From Desulfobacterales bacterium (GTDB taxonomy: Bacteria > Desulfobacterota > Desulfobacteria > Desulfobacterales > UBA5852): a stretch of DNA of 64,000 nucleotides. Location of the stretch: the NCBI GenBank assembly GCA_963674755.2, contig CAXXVS010000002.1, positions 768,001 to 832,000 of the forward strand. Direction: 5' to 3'. Below, one piece after another: positions 10,144 to 21,054 of the stretch (its first letter is position 1; each line of letters opens with the position of its first letter). The notes under the pieces were generated by a model. That model was not told the origin of the DNA. It ran no database searches and was given only the letters and a program-made list of their open reading frames with translations. The translations under genes were made by a program, and so were the position numbers.

Positions 10144-10521
10144 TCAGGGCCCGCCACAACCGCAGCCGCAGTTTCCGCCGCAGCCGGCGGCTTCGGCGGT
10201 CTGGGCCATGGCGCGCACAACCTCGCGCGGCTCGGCATCGCTGACCGCCGAAACGGCGATGTCGAGATCGAGCGTTTTCGGCATTTCGGAGAGGGAGAGG
10301 GCTATGCACAGGGGCAGATGGAGGTGGGCAAAAATGCGTGGGGCCTCTGTCCGCGGTACGTTCAGGTGGAGTCGATCACCGACGGTTTTGTGCAGCAGTT
10401 CAAACTCGAAAGGGCACATACCGTCACTGGCAATGCCGAATATGAAGTCGAAAGGGACGGTTCGCTTGGCGAGTTGTATTTCCAGCCGGACCTTCTTCAA
10501 ATGATCGATGGTGTCGCTCAT
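10144..10521 (-). CDS. Hypothetical protein with Cys/Gly-rich C-terminus (putative metal binding)
   Basis: AAGGAG RBS; ends GCGGNCGCGCGGP; directly upstream of the radical SAM gene. Confidence 0.7.
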   Translation of the reverse strand: MSDTIDHLKKVRLEIQLAKRTVPFDFIFGIASDGMCPFEFELLHKTVGDRLHLNVPRTEAPRIFAHLHLPLCIALSLSEMPKTLDLDIAVSAVSDAEPREVVRAMAQTAEAAGCGGNCGCGCGGP

Positions 10522-10680
10522 CCTGTCTCCTTTGGGAACGGATAGGCCGTAATGGGTGGTTAGGATGCTAATTTAGGCACCTTTCGGTGAAAAGGCAACC
10601 CGCTGGCCGGGGCTTTGGGGGGAAGGAGGCTGCCGCCCAGACCGTCATTCGTTCTGCCCGTGCGGCGGGGGAAGGGAGGG

Positions 10681-11166
10681 TCAGGCGGCGCTGCCTTTGA
10701 TCCAGTTTACGAGGGCCTTGATGCGGTCCTCCTGGGGTTGGGTCAGCTTTTTGAATTGCACCCCGATGCCGTCCTCCGTGATATAGATAATATCGCCGTA
10801 AACACGGAAAATATCAGGGAATTTGGGGTGGGAAAAGGCCAGGGCCAGTTCGTCCCCGACTTTGAAATCTTCTTTGGTTCCGATAAACAGACCCGCCGGA
10901 TGGATGTCCTCGATATAGTCGGTATAGAAACGGTTTCCGGCGGAGAAATTGACGATCAGGGAGGATGGCTTGCGCGGATGATTCGGGCGGCTGCGGATAA
11001 TGGCACTGGTCTCGCGCGTGGTCTCGGGTTTTTTGTGCCGGTAAAGGAGTTCTTCGGCCAAACGCAGCATGATCAGCTGCTCTTTCTCGGACATACCGAC
11101 CACCGTCTGAATCAGACGGGAGAGCGTGACGTTGTATTTACGGCTCGCGTGGTCGGTGGGTTCCAT
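10681..11166 (-). CDS. PilZ-domain protein (degenerate c-di-GMP motifs)
   Basis: RPNHPRK...EDIHPAGLFI...GIGVQF PilZ barrel pattern; RxxxR and DxSxxG are both imperfect. Confidence 0.75.
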   Translation of the reverse strand: MEPTDHASRKYNVTLSRLIQTVVGMSEKEQLIMLRLAEELLYRHKKPETTRETSAIIRSRPNHPRKPSSLIVNFSAGNRFYTDYIEDIHPAGLFIGTKEDFKVGDELALAFSHPKFPDIFRVYGDIIYITEDGIGVQFKKLTQPQEDRIKALVNWIKGSAA

Positions 11167-11299
11167 TCCCTGTTCCTGTATCGCTAGATGGGGTTCTTGG
11201 AGGACCATAACGTCATTGATTGAATCATATTTTTGCTAATTTTACAAACGGGAAGACGGAGACTGGACGACAACCGATGCCGACCGGCGGCCGCCCCGC

Positions 11300-12184
11300 T
11301 CATATGTCGCGGCCGCGATTGAGGAAGATTTCCAGGCGTTCGATGCCCAGCGAACAGGAGAGGGTGAGTGTAAAGTAGAGCAGGGTGACCGTTATCCAGA
11401 TCTCGAAAGTTAGATAAGTGGAGGCCATGAGTTCCATGCCCTTGAAGGTCAGTTCGGGAATGGATATCACGGAGACGATCGCAGAGTCTTTGATGGTCGA
11501 AATGAATTGCCCTGAAAGGGGCGGCAGAATACGCCGGACCGCTTGGGGGCCGACCACATGGATCAATTGCTGGCGGCGGGAGAGTCCCAGGGCGGCGGAG
11601 GCTTCCCATTGGCCGATTTCGATGGACTGTATGCCGGCGCGGATAATTTCGGTGATATAGGCGCCTTCAAAGAGGGAAAGGGTGATCAGGGCGGAGAGAA
11701 AGGCCGTAAGGGTCGATGGCGGGGCCAGCAGCAGGGTCAGCCCCTTTTGGATGGAAGGGGGGGCAGCCTCGGCCAGCGCTTGAATGCCGAGGAGCGGCAT
11801 CACCTGATCGCTGACAAAAAAATAAAAAATAAAAATGAGGACCAGAGGCGGGGTGTTGCGGATCAGTTCAACGTAAGCCCCGCCCACCATGCGGCGGAAA
11901 GGGCGCAGACTGATGCGCGCCAATCCCATGCAGAGGCCGACGATGGCGGCCAGAATGGTTCCCCAGACACTGAGCCGGATCGTATTGAGAAATCCCAGCG
12001 AGAGGCTGTTCAGAACCCAGCGTTTTTCAGCGGGATCATAACGCAGAAGGTATTGGGGGATTCGATCCCAGTGCCAATTATAGTGAAGTCCGGAGGAGAG
12101 ACGATGAAAAACATAGACAGCGGTCCCCAGCAACAGCAGGCCAAGGACGATATCAATGGAGGATATGCGGCGGTTGAAGCGCAT
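11300..12184 (-). CDS. Polar amino acid ABC transporter permease
   Basis: YVELIRNTPPLV, AYITEIIRAGIQSI..GQWEA (EAA loop), IKDSA. Confidence 0.92.
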   Translation of the reverse strand: MRFNRRISSIDIVLGLLLLGTAVYVFHRLSSGLHYNWHWDRIPQYLLRYDPAEKRWVLNSLSLGFLNTIRLSVWGTILAAIVGLCMGLARISLRPFRRMVGGAYVELIRNTPPLVLIFIFYFFVSDQVMPLLGIQALAEAAPPSIQKGLTLLLAPPSTLTAFLSALITLSLFEGAYITEIIRAGIQSIEIGQWEASAALGLSRRQQLIHVVGPQAVRRILPPLSGQFISTIKDSAIVSVISIPELTFKGMELMASTYLTFEIWITVTLLYFTLTLSCSLGIERLEIFLNRGRDI

Positions 12185-12211
12185 CAGCGCTATAGGGCTC
12201 CCGGGGAATAG

Positions 12212-12256
12212 CCGTCCGCCGCCCGACGGTGTCGAAAACCGTCGGGCGGCGGACGG
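12212..12256. repeat. Perfect 19-bp inverted repeat (intercistronic hairpin)
   Basis: CCGTCCGCCGCCCGACGGT-gtcgaaa-ACCGTCGGGCGGCGGACGG. Confidence 0.9.
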
Positions 12257-12295
12257 ATGGCGGTATTATGGAAAAATGGCTGCCGCAGCGCGTGG

Positions 12296-13126
12296 CTACT
12301 GCAAACGATCTTTCCAGTCCTGGGTCATAAACCAGTAAGCCTTGCGCTCGGCCAGCCAGCCTTCCCCATTCACGTACTGAATCCAGTTGTTGAAGAAATT
12401 GAGGGTATCAAGGTCGCCCTTGCGCACGGCAAACCCGATGGGCTCTTTGGTAAAGGTTTCCTTGAACGGCAGGAAAAGCGTATCCGGATGGTCGATAGCC
12501 TGGAACGCCGGGGTCGGGGCCGAGGCCACGGCGGCATAGGCTTTTCCGTTGATGACTTCCTGGTATATCTGGGCTTCGCCGTCGAACTGGCGCAGGGTTG
12601 CTTTGGGCATGTACTTCTTGGCCGCCATGACCGAGGTGGAGCCGAGTTTGACCGCCAGGACGACCTCAGGCTTGTTGAAATCGGCAAGGGTCTTGAAGCC
12701 GGCCGCCAGTTTCTTGTTGGCCACCAGGGACATTCCGGAGAAGTCATAGGGCTGGGAAAAATTTACCTTCAGGTTGCGGCTGGGGACGATGCCCATGCCC
12801 CCGATAATCACATCGAATTTGCCGGTTAGCAGGGCCGGAATGATGCCGGACCATTTGGTGGGGACGAATTCCACCTTGACCCCCATATCGGCGGCCAGGC
12901 GGGTGGCCACATCGATTTCAAACCCGATCAGCTGTCCGGTCTTGTCCCGCATGGCCCAGGGCACGAAGGTGTCCATACCGACCCGCAGGACGCCTCTTTT
13001 TTGCACCTGCGCTATCGTGCTTTCCTCCACCAGCTGCTGTTGCAGGGATCCGGCCGAAAGGGGACCGGCCATTATCAGGAGGACGGCAATGAGTGCCAGG
13101 AGTTTAAGGATCGATGTTTTTTTCAT
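12296..13126 (-). CDS. Polar amino acid ABC transporter substrate-binding protein (SBP family 3)
   Basis: Signal peptide MKKTSILK...; GFEIDVA, WSGIIPALLTGKFDVIIGGM; AAGGAG RBS. Confidence 0.92.
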   Translation of the reverse strand: MKKTSILKLLALIAVLLIMAGPLSAGSLQQQLVEESTIAQVQKRGVLRVGMDTFVPWAMRDKTGQLIGFEIDVATRLAADMGVKVEFVPTKWSGIIPALLTGKFDVIIGGMGIVPSRNLKVNFSQPYDFSGMSLVANKKLAAGFKTLADFNKPEVVLAVKLGSTSVMAAKKYMPKATLRQFDGEAQIYQEVINGKAYAAVASAPTPAFQAIDHPDTLFLPFKETFTKEPIGFAVRKGDLDTLNFFNNWIQYVNGEGWLAERKAYWFMTQDWKDRLQ

Positions 13127-13241
13127 GGGAAGCTCCTTTGTCTTGCGGTGAGTTTGCAATATCGGATTCCAATGGATCGTTAGGGGGGGGGAGGCCGCAC
13201 GGCAAGGGGCCTCCGGGCTACCCGTCTATCCGGATGAGTCA

Positions 13242-14048
13242 TCAAACCGCCATCCGGAGGTGGCGCTCGAGAAGGTTGATCAGCAGCGACAGGGAAACCG
13301 TCATCACCAGATAAATGGCCGCCACCACAAACCAGATTTCGAATACCAGATAGGTTTCCGCAATGATGGACTGGGCCTGCATGGATAAATCATAAATGGC
13401 AATCATGCTGACCAGGGCCGAGTCCTTGATCAGTGAAATCGCCTGGCTGGCCAGGGGCGGCAGGATGCGCCGCGTGGCCTGGGGCAGAATCACGTGGCGA
13501 TAGGTCTGGGAGATACTGAGCCCCAGACTGTGGGCGGCTTCCCATTGGCCGCGGTGGATGGATACGATGCCGGCCCGGAAGATCTCCGAGGCATAGGCCC
13601 CTTCAAACAGGCTGAGCGCCATGACGGCCGAAGTGAAGCGGCTCATGTCAAAGACCGGTGCAACGACAAAGTAGATAAAGAACAATTGCACCAGCAAGGG
13701 GGTATTGCGGATGCTTTCCAGATAGCCGCGGGCCACGAGATTGCCCAGGAAAGAACGGGAGAGGCGCAAAAACGCGGCGGCCAGGCCGATCAGGGTGGCC
13801 AGCACGAGACTGATGGCCGTAATGCGCAGCGTGACGGCCAGGCCTTGCAGCAGGGGGCCGGCTACCCAATGGCCGCCCTCCACGGAGAAGAGATAGCGCG
13901 GAACGCGGTACCACTGCCAGTAATAGCCGAGCTTCTCGGAGCCGCGAAAGAGACCGAAAATCAGCAGTCCGGAAAGGGCTATGAATTTCAAACTGTCCAG
14001 CCATGGAAAACGGCGAAGCCAAGCCATTGATGTAATTGAGTGCGTCAT
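13242..14048 (-). CDS. Polar amino acid ABC transporter permease
   Basis: IRNTPLLVQL, AYASEIFRAGIVSI..GQWEAA, LIKDSAL. Confidence 0.92.
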   Translation of the reverse strand: MTHSITSMAWLRRFPWLDSLKFIALSGLLIFGLFRGSEKLGYYWQWYRVPRYLFSVEGGHWVAGPLLQGLAVTLRITAISLVLATLIGLAAAFLRLSRSFLGNLVARGYLESIRNTPLLVQLFFIYFVVAPVFDMSRFTSAVMALSLFEGAYASEIFRAGIVSIHRGQWEAAHSLGLSISQTYRHVILPQATRRILPPLASQAISLIKDSALVSMIAIYDLSMQAQSIIAETYLVFEIWFVVAAIYLVMTVSLSLLINLLERHLRMAV

Positions 14049-14237
14049 TTTGGGCGCGTCGTTCGAGGTCGCGATGCAATCGGGTGTTTAAGAATCGGGC
14101 AAGAAAGGTCAATGCTGCCGCCCGACGCGTATACGGAGCAATGCGATGGCCGGCCGCAGGCCAATGCTTCCGGCCAAGGCTCGGTCGGGCGCTTTATAAC
14201 AGTATCCGCGGGCAATGTAAAGCTGCGGGCACAGGGC

Positions 14238-16013
14238 TCATGGCTGTCCGCTCCGCTTTTTGCCATGCTTCTTCAGGGGGGGCGCCGGCGATCGCCGGCG
14301 GGACGGCAGGAGGACGTCTTTTTGGCACTGTTTACGGCGGATGTTCTTTTCGACAAAGAGTGGCTTGCCCTCCTCGAACGGGTCTTGTTCGGTGTGGTAC
14401 ATGAGCGTCGCGTAGGTGGAGGGCGTCGGCGTGAAGATCTGAACCTGTTGCGGAGCGATCTGCAGTTGGGTGCGCGTATAGCGGCGCAGCTGGTGCATAT
14501 CGTCCTGGGTGCACCCGGGATGGGCAGCGATGAAATAATAGCTGAGAAATTGATTGAGGCCGGCGCGCCGGGTCAGTTGGCCGAATCGCTCGCGGAAAGT
14601 GGTGCAAATCGCCGCCGGCGGTTTTCCCATGTGGGCCAGGACATGGGGCTCGCTGTGTTCGGGGGCGATCTTGAGTTGTCCGGAAACATGATGGCGGATG
14701 AGGTCGTCGAGGTACCGGTCGCCGGCCGCCGTGTCGGCCAGGATGAGATCGGGCCGCAGACCGGAAGCCACAAAGACTTTACGGATGCCCGGGATGTGAC
14801 GCAGCGACGCCATCAGGCGGCGCAGGCGGTCGTGGTTGACCGGCAGGTGCGGGCAGACCCGGGGGTAGAGGCAGCGCTTCTGGGGGCAGGCGCCTTTCTC
14901 CAGCTTGCGGGCGCATTCAAAGCCGTACATGTTGGCGGTCGGTCCGCCTAAATCCTGGATGATGCCCTTGAAGCGGGGATGGCTTGCCATGCGGCGGGCT
15001 TCGCGGATGAGGGAAGCTTCGCTGCGGCTGTAAACCGTACGCCCCTGGTGAACGGCAATGGCGCAGAAGTTACACTCGCCATAGCAGCCGCGGTGGGTGG
15101 TGAGCGCAAAGCCGATGGTGTCCAGCGCCCGTACAGCACCCTGGGTTTCATAATACGGGTGCTGCGCATAAGCGTAGGGCAGTTCGTAGATGGCGTCCAA
15201 GGCTTGGGTGGCGGGCGGATGGACCGGCGGGTTTTGTACCAGCCAGCGCGTGTCCTGCTGCTGGCAAAGGCCGATGGCGGTGTGCGGGTCGTTTTGCCGG
15301 TAGAACTGCTGAAACATGGCGGTGAAAGCCTGACGGTCGACGGCCACCGTTTCATGGGCGGGGAGGATATCGTAGCCCTCCCGGGGTTGAGGGGCAATAT
15401 AACAAAGCCCCCGCAGATCGCGGTAGTCGGCCTGCCGGTCCAGGGCTTCGGCCAGGGCCAGGACCGTTGTTTCGCCCATGCCGTAAATCAGCGCCTGGGC
15501 CCGGGCGTCGAACAGGATCGAGCGGCGGACCCGATCGGACCAGGCGTCGTAATGGGAGATGCGGCGCAGGCTGGCTTCCAGGCCTCCCAGGACGATGGGC
15601 ACGCCCGATCCGCTCCAGCGCCGGATCAGGTTGGCATAGACGATGACGGCCCGGTCCGGCCGGCGGTCGTTTTGCCCGCCGGGGGTGAAATCATCGTTTT
15701 GGCGTCGTTTGCCCAGGGCGGTATAGTTGGCCACCATGGAATCCACACTGCCGCCGGTAACCCCCCAGAAGAGGCGCGGCCGGCCCAGACGCATGATGTC
15801 GTCGGGGGATTGGACGTCGGGCTGCGCGATGAGCCCCACCCGGAAGCCGGCCGCCTGCAGGACGCGTCCGATGACGGCGGCGCCGATATAGGGACTGTCG
15901 ATATAGCTGTCACCCGTGACGATGATGACGTCCAGTGGGAGTCCGCCGTGGGCCCGGACTTCTCGGGGGGTGGTCGGAAGAAAAGCCGGAGATCTGGTAT
16001 CGCGTATTGACAT
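14238..16013 (-). CDS. ygiQ: YgiQ/UPF0313 family radical SAM protein
   Basis: [77 protein letters not shown]. Confidence 0.9.
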   Translation of the reverse strand: MSIRDTRSPAFLPTTPREVRAHGGLPLDVIIVTGDSYIDSPYIGAAVIGRVLQAAGFRVGLIAQPDVQSPDDIMRLGRPRLFWGVTGGSVDSMVANYTALGKRRQNDDFTPGGQNDRRPDRAVIVYANLIRRWSGSGVPIVLGGLEASLRRISHYDAWSDRVRRSILFDARAQALIYGMGETTVLALAEALDRQADYRDLRGLCYIAPQPREGYDILPAHETVAVDRQAFTAMFQQFYRQNDPHTAIGLCQQQDTRWLVQNPPVHPPATQALDAIYELPYAYAQHPYYETQGAVRALDTIGFALTTHRGCYGECNFCAIAVHQGRTVYSRSEASLIREARRMASHPRFKGIIQDLGGPTANMYGFECARKLEKGACPQKRCLYPRVCPHLPVNHDRLRRLMASLRHIPGIRKVFVASGLRPDLILADTAAGDRYLDDLIRHHVSGQLKIAPEHSEPHVLAHMGKPPAAICTTFRERFGQLTRRAGLNQFLSYYFIAAHPGCTQDDMHQLRRYTRTQLQIAPQQVQIFTPTPSTYATLMYHTEQDPFEEGKPLFVEKNIRRKQCQKDVLLPSRRRSPAPPLKKHGKKRSGQP

Positions 16014-16074
16014 GATTTTCAATAATGGGTATCTGTCAACGTTTAACACTCTTAGCGATTTTCCGGAGGCCTCC

Positions 16075-18897
16075 ATGGATTACAAGAAGACCCTGAACCT
16101 GCCCAAAACGCAATTTCCCATGAAGGCGAACCTTGCCCAGCGCGAGCCGCAACGTCTCGCTGAATGGGAACAAAGCCATCTTTACGAGAACATCCGTACG
16201 CTCTCCCAGGGTCGCCCCCGGTTCATCCTGCACGACGGACCGCCCTATGCCAACGGGCATATCCATATTGGTACCGCACTGAACAAAATATTAAAAGATA
16301 TCATTGTACGCTCGCGCCAGATGATGGGCTTCGATGCGGTCTACGTACCGGGATGGGACTGCCACGGTCTGCCCATCGAACACAATGTGGACAAGGAACT
16401 GGGCCCCAAGAAAAAGGATCTCAGCCTGATCCAGGTGCGCCAGCGCTGTCGACAGTACGCCGAAAAATTCATCGATATTCAGCGGGCGGAATTCAAACGC
16501 CTGGGGGTGATGGGGGAATGGGACAATCCCTATCTCACCATGAGTTACGATTATGAAGCCACCATTGCCGGCCAATGCGGCCGCTTCGCGCTGGATGGCA
16601 GTTTGTTCCGCAGCAAGAAACCTATTCACTGGTGCTGCAGTTGCAAGACCGCCCTGGCGGAAGCCGAGATCGAATACGCGGACGAGGCTTCCCCATCCAT
16701 TTATGTGCGCTTTCCGTTTATCGACGATCTGGGTGACATCGATCCCGCGCTCAAAGACCGCCAGGTGGACTGCGTCATCTGGACCACCACGCCTTGGACC
16801 CTGCCGGCCAACCTGGCCATCGCCCTGCATCCGGACTTTGTCTACGCCGCGGTGGAAGCTGCCGATGGCCGTATCTATCTGCTGGCCAGGGATCTGGTGG
16901 ATGGCTGTATGGCCAAGTTTGGACTGAAGGACTACCGCATTCTCTGCGAACTGGCCGCGCCTTCTTTGGAGCGGCGGCGCTGCCGGCATCCCTTCTATGA
17001 CCGTGAATCCCTTGTCGTTCTGGGCGAACACGTCACGCTCGATGCCGGAACGGGCTGTGTACACACCGCGCCGGGACACGGCCGCGAAGACTACGACGTG
17101 GGCCTGGCCTACGGTCTGGATCCTTACTCACCGGTGGATGACCGCGGGGTTTTTAGCGACGATGTCGAATTGTTCAAGGGGCAGTTCGTTTTCGAGGCCA
17201 ACCGCGCGATTATCGAACACCTGCAGCAAAACGGATTCCTGCTGGCCCAGGAAGACCTTTCCCACAGCTACCCCCATTGCTGGCGCTGCAAGAAGCCGGT
17301 GATCTTCAGGGCCACACCCCAGTGGTTCATCTCCATGGAAAAGACCGGCCTGCGGGCCAAATCACTGGAGGAGATCGACCGCGTGGAATGGGTGCCCCAC
17401 TGGGGACGGGAACGGATTTACGGCATGATCGAAAACCGGCCGGACTGGTGCGTTTCCCGACAGCGGGCCTGGGGTGTGCCCATTGCCATTTTCTATTGCC
17501 GTGATTGCGGAAAGCTCTTTGTCGACGAGGCCCTGATCGGGCGTCTGGAAGCCCTGTTCGCAACCCATGGGGCCGATGTCTGGTTTACCGAGGAAGCTGA
17601 AAAGCTTTTGCCGGAAGACGCGGCCTGTGCCGGCTGTGGCGGGAAGTCTTTTGTAAAGGAAACGGATATCCTGGATGTCTGGTTCGACTCCGGGGTCAGC
17701 CATGCCGCCGTGCTTGCCAAACGGGACAATCTGCGCTGGCCGGCCGATCTGTATCTGGAGGGCAGCGACCAGCATCGGGGATGGTTCCACAGTTCGCTGC
17801 TGACCGCGGTGGGCTTGCGTGGGGCGGCCCCCTATCGGTCGGTGTTGACCCACGGTTTCGTGGTGGATGCCGACGGGCGGAAAATGTCCAAATCCCTGGG
17901 CAACGTGATCGCCCCCAAAGCGGTCATCGACAAATTCGGGGCGGAAATCCTGCGGCTATGGGTATCGGCAGCCGATTATCGGGACGATATCCGGATCTCG
18001 GACAGCATCCTGAAACAGCTCAGCGATGCCTATCGGCGCATTCGCAACACCAGCCGTTTCATGCTGGGCAATCTGGAAGACTTTCATCCGGAAGTTGACG
18101 CCGTGCCGTATGCCGATCTGCAGGACATCGACCGCTATATCCTGCACCGGCTCCAGCAATTGGTGACGCGCACCCGCAAGGCCTATGAAACCTACGAGTT
18201 TCATATCATCTACCATGCCCTGCACAATTTCTGCGTGCTGGATCTTTCGGCCTTTTACCTGGATATCCTGAAAGACCGCCTTTACACCTCACCGCCGGCC
18301 TCCCCGGAGCGCCGCGGCGCCCAGACGGTCATGCATCACCTGCTGAGCGCCATGGCACGCATGATGGCGCCCATTCTGGCCTTTACCGCCGACGAGATCT
18401 GGCAGCACATGCCGGATTGGCCGGACAAGGCTGCCAATGTCCATTTTGCCGCCTTGCCGGAACTCAACGGGGACTGGATGGATGATGTCCTGGCGGCCAA
18501 ATGGGGCAAGATGCTGGCCATCCGCGGCGAAGTGACCAAGGCCCTGGAAAACGCCCGGGTGAACAAGCTGATCGGTCATCCCCTGGATGCCGCCCTGACC
18601 CTATCGGCCGACGGCGAGATCTACGAGGTGCTGAAGGAATACCGCTCACAGCTACAGCGCTTGTTTATCGTCTCCCAGGTTTCGCTGGGGGAATCCGGCG
18701 CGGTCTTGCCGGGGGCCTATGCCGGTGAGGATGTCAAAGGCTTGCAGATTGCGGTAGCCAAGGCCGACGGTCAAAAATGCGAACGGTGCTGGGTGCATGA
18801 CCCCACGGTGGGGGACGATCATGCGCACCCGACGGTGTGCGCGCGCTGCCGGGCGCAGCTGACGGAAATCAACCCCGAGATGACGGCAACCGAATGA
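16075..18897 (+). CDS. ileS: Isoleucyl-tRNA synthetase (IleRS type 1)
   Basis: [10 protein letters not shown] start with GGAGG RBS; HIGT (HIGH), WTTTPWT editing domain, KMSKS, C-terminal CERCW..C.RC zinc finger. Confidence 0.98.
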   Translation: MDYKKTLNLPKTQFPMKANLAQREPQRLAEWEQSHLYENIRTLSQGRPRFILHDGPPYANGHIHIGTALNKILKDIIVRSRQMMGFDAVYVPGWDCHGLPIEHNVDKELGPKKKDLSLIQVRQRCRQYAEKFIDIQRAEFKRLGVMGEWDNPYLTMSYDYEATIAGQCGRFALDGSLFRSKKPIHWCCSCKTALAEAEIEYADEASPSIYVRFPFIDDLGDIDPALKDRQVDCVIWTTTPWTLPANLAIALHPDFVYAAVEAADGRIYLLARDLVDGCMAKFGLKDYRILCELAAPSLERRRCRHPFYDRESLVVLGEHVTLDAGTGCVHTAPGHGREDYDVGLAYGLDPYSPVDDRGVFSDDVELFKGQFVFEANRAIIEHLQQNGFLLAQEDLSHSYPHCWRCKKPVIFRATPQWFISMEKTGLRAKSLEEIDRVEWVPHWGRERIYGMIENRPDWCVSRQRAWGVPIAIFYCRDCGKLFVDEALIGRLEALFATHGADVWFTEEAEKLLPEDAACAGCGGKSFVKETDILDVWFDSGVSHAAVLAKRDNLRWPADLYLEGSDQHRGWFHSSLLTAVGLRGAAPYRSVLTHGFVVDADGRKMSKSLGNVIAPKAVIDKFGAEILRLWVSAADYRDDIRISDSILKQLSDAYRRIRNTSRFMLGNLEDFHPEVDAVPYADLQDIDRYILHRLQQLVTRTRKAYETYEFHIIYHALHNFCVLDLSAFYLDILKDRLYTSPPASPERRGAQTVMHHLLSAMARMMAPILAFTADEIWQHMPDWPDKAANVHFAALPELNGDWMDDVLAAKWGKMLAIRGEVTKALENARVNKLIGHPLDAALTLSADGEIYEVLKEYRSQLQRLFIVSQVSLGESGAVLPGAYAGEDVKGLQIAVAKADGQKCERCWVHDPTVGDDHAHPTVCARCRAQLTEINPEMTATE

Positions 18898-19430
18898 TGA
18901 CATCCGATAGCGAGGCAGCCCCTGCCACCGTGGGCGAGACAGAATCCCCCGGAACGAAATATCGCCGTCTGGGGTGGATTGCGGGCAGCGTGGTGATTGC
19001 CGACCAGATCACCAAAGGCATCATTCTGGATCGGGTTGCGCTCTATCACAGCATACCGGTGGTGCCCGGCTTTTTTAACATCACCCACATCCAGAATCCC
19101 GGGGGGGCTTTCGGCTTCCTGGCCCATCAAAGTCCGACGGTGCGGGCCGTTGTCTTCCTTCTGATGTCTTTTCTGGCCGTAGGGCTGATTTTCTGGTTCT
19201 ATCGAAAGACCCCCGCGACCCATCGCTTTCTGGCCGCCGGTTTCGCATTGATCTTAGGCGGCGCCGTCGGCAATCTGATCGATCGTCTACGCTTCGGCAG
19301 CGTGGTGGATTTTCTCGACTTCTATATCGGTAGCTGGCATTGGCCGGCCTTCAACGTGGCCGACAGTGCCATTACCACCGGCATTGCCATTTTCCTCCTG
19401 CACGTCGTCACCGGCCGCATGCCGGATTAA
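18894..19430 (+). CDS. lspA: Lipoprotein signal peptidase II
   Basis: [37 protein letters not shown]; classic ileS-lspA synteny. Confidence 0.97.
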   Translation: MMTSDSEAAPATVGETESPGTKYRRLGWIAGSVVIADQITKGIILDRVALYHSIPVVPGFFNITHIQNPGGAFGFLAHQSPTVRAVVFLLMSFLAVGLIFWFYRKTPATHRFLAAGFALILGGAVGNLIDRLRFGSVVDFLDFYIGSWHWPAFNVADSAITTGIAIFLLHVVTGRMPD

Positions 19431-19509
19431 CGGTGGCGCTCGGCTGTTTTAGCGCCGGTGGGCGACCCGTTGCCGATATGGCGGCGCAACCCCTTGACAC
19501 TGGCCGATC

Positions 19510-21051
19510 ATGACTGAAATTACCTACCAGGAATTGGAGGCTTTCCTAAAAAAGGAGACGGCGCGCCGCCCCCCTTCCTTGCCGTCGATATGCCTGCTTT
19601 TCGGTGAAGAGGTGCTCTACAAGAAGGCTCAGGAGAAGCTTGTGGCCGCCATCCTGGGCGATCTGCCGCGGGAGATCCATTGCGAGTCGATCGAGGGCCT
19701 CAATGAAAACATGCCCGCCGCCCTGGAGCGCATCAACACCTATTCGCTGCTTTCGCAAAGCAAGATTATCGCTTTTACGGACGCCCGCCTTTTCCATTCG
19801 CGCCAGAACTTGGACTCCCTGTGGGGCAAGGCCGCCAAGGCCGGCCGGGCCGGCGAGATGAAAAAGGCGGCTCGCCTTTTCATGGATCTTTTAAGCGTCC
19901 AACAATTATCGATCGAGGATTTGAAAGGGGCTTCGCCGGAAACCGTTCTCCGTCCCCCTGGTAATGAAGACGATCTGGGCTGGGTTCCGTCGGTGCTCGA
20001 CTATTGCCGGCAGAACGGTTTGACGGTGCCGGTGGCCGTCGATCCGCAAAACGACCTGCTGATGGCCATCGAGAAGGGCTTTCCGCCCTCCCACCATTTG
20101 ATGATAACGGCCGCCCTGGTGGACAAACGCCGGGTCCTTTTTAAAACGATTCGTGAAAAGGGGTTGGTGGTAGACTGCGCGGTTCCCAAAGGCGACCGCC
20201 AGGCGGACCGCGCCGCCCAGGAGTCGCTGTTGAATGCCGCCGTGACCGAAGTCCTGCAACCTTACGGCAAACGGATGGACCCTGCGGCACGCCGGGTTCT
20301 TTATGATTTGACCGGGTTCGACCTGCGCATGGTGGCCAGCAATGCGGAAAAGCTGGTCCATTTCACCGGCGGGCGGGAGACGATCGGGGTGGACGATGTC
20401 CGCCAGACCTTACGGCGGACCCGCCAGGATCCCCTCTATGCCCTTACCGAAGCCGTCTCGAACCGCCAGCTGAGCCCGTCGCTTTTTTATCTCGACTCTT
20501 TGCTGACCGGCGGCGATTTTGATCATCCGTTGCCCCTGCTGGCGGCCATAACCAATCAGATGCGACGCCTGCTGGTGGCCAAGGATTTTACCGCAAGCCC
20601 CCATGGCCGCGTCTGGCATCCGGGATGTTCGTATCCCCAATTCCAATCCCAGGTGATGCCGGCCGTCAAGGCTTTTGACGAATCCCTGCAAACGCACCTG
20701 AAGGAATGGGGGCAAGCCCTCGCCAGCGCGTCTGCCCCAGACCAGCAGGGGCGCCGCGGGAAGGAAAAAAGCGCCCTGTCGTCCGACCTTTTCCTGGCCG
20801 GCAAGGGGCGCAGTCCGTATCCGATCTACAAAACGCTCCAGAAAACGGAGCGCTTTACCCGGCCGGAATTGCTGCGCATCATGCAAATACTCGCTGACGC
20901 CGATCGACGTTTGAAACGTTCCGGCGCGACGGGCCGCCTGGTGTTGGAGCACGCCATTCTATTCATTTGCCAAACCGACGCGGATGTTTCGTCCCCGGCC
21001 AAAAGCCATCTCCGGCCGGGGGGGCGGAAACCACGGGACAGCGGAAGGTGA
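19510..21051 (+). CDS. holA: DNA polymerase III delta subunit (unusually long)
   Basis: LLFGEE N-terminus, DKRRVLFK, GFDLRMVASNAEKL, DADRRLKRSG...LVLE C-terminus. Confidence 0.75.
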   Translation: MTEITYQELEAFLKKETARRPPSLPSICLLFGEEVLYKKAQEKLVAAILGDLPREIHCESIEGLNENMPAALERINTYSLLSQSKIIAFTDARLFHSRQNLDSLWGKAAKAGRAGEMKKAARLFMDLLSVQQLSIEDLKGASPETVLRPPGNEDDLGWVPSVLDYCRQNGLTVPVAVDPQNDLLMAIEKGFPPSHHLMITAALVDKRRVLFKTIREKGLVVDCAVPKGDRQADRAAQESLLNAAVTEVLQPYGKRMDPAARRVLYDLTGFDLRMVASNAEKLVHFTGGRETIGVDDVRQTLRRTRQDPLYALTEAVSNRQLSPSLFYLDSLLTGGDFDHPLPLLAAITNQMRRLLVAKDFTASPHGRVWHPGCSYPQFQSQVMPAVKAFDESLQTHLKEWGQALASASAPDQQGRRGKEKSALSSDLFLAGKGRSPYPIYKTLQKTERFTRPELLRIMQILADADRRLKRSGATGRLVLEHAILFICQTDADVSSPAKSHLRPGGRKPRDSGR

Positions 21052-21054
21052 CCC

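Noticed and set aside
15916..16076. Apparent head-to-head overlap of ygiQ and ileS in the ORF track
   Set aside because: Motif- and RBS-supported starts are 16013 (minus) and 16075 (plus), leaving a 61-nt divergent intergenic region
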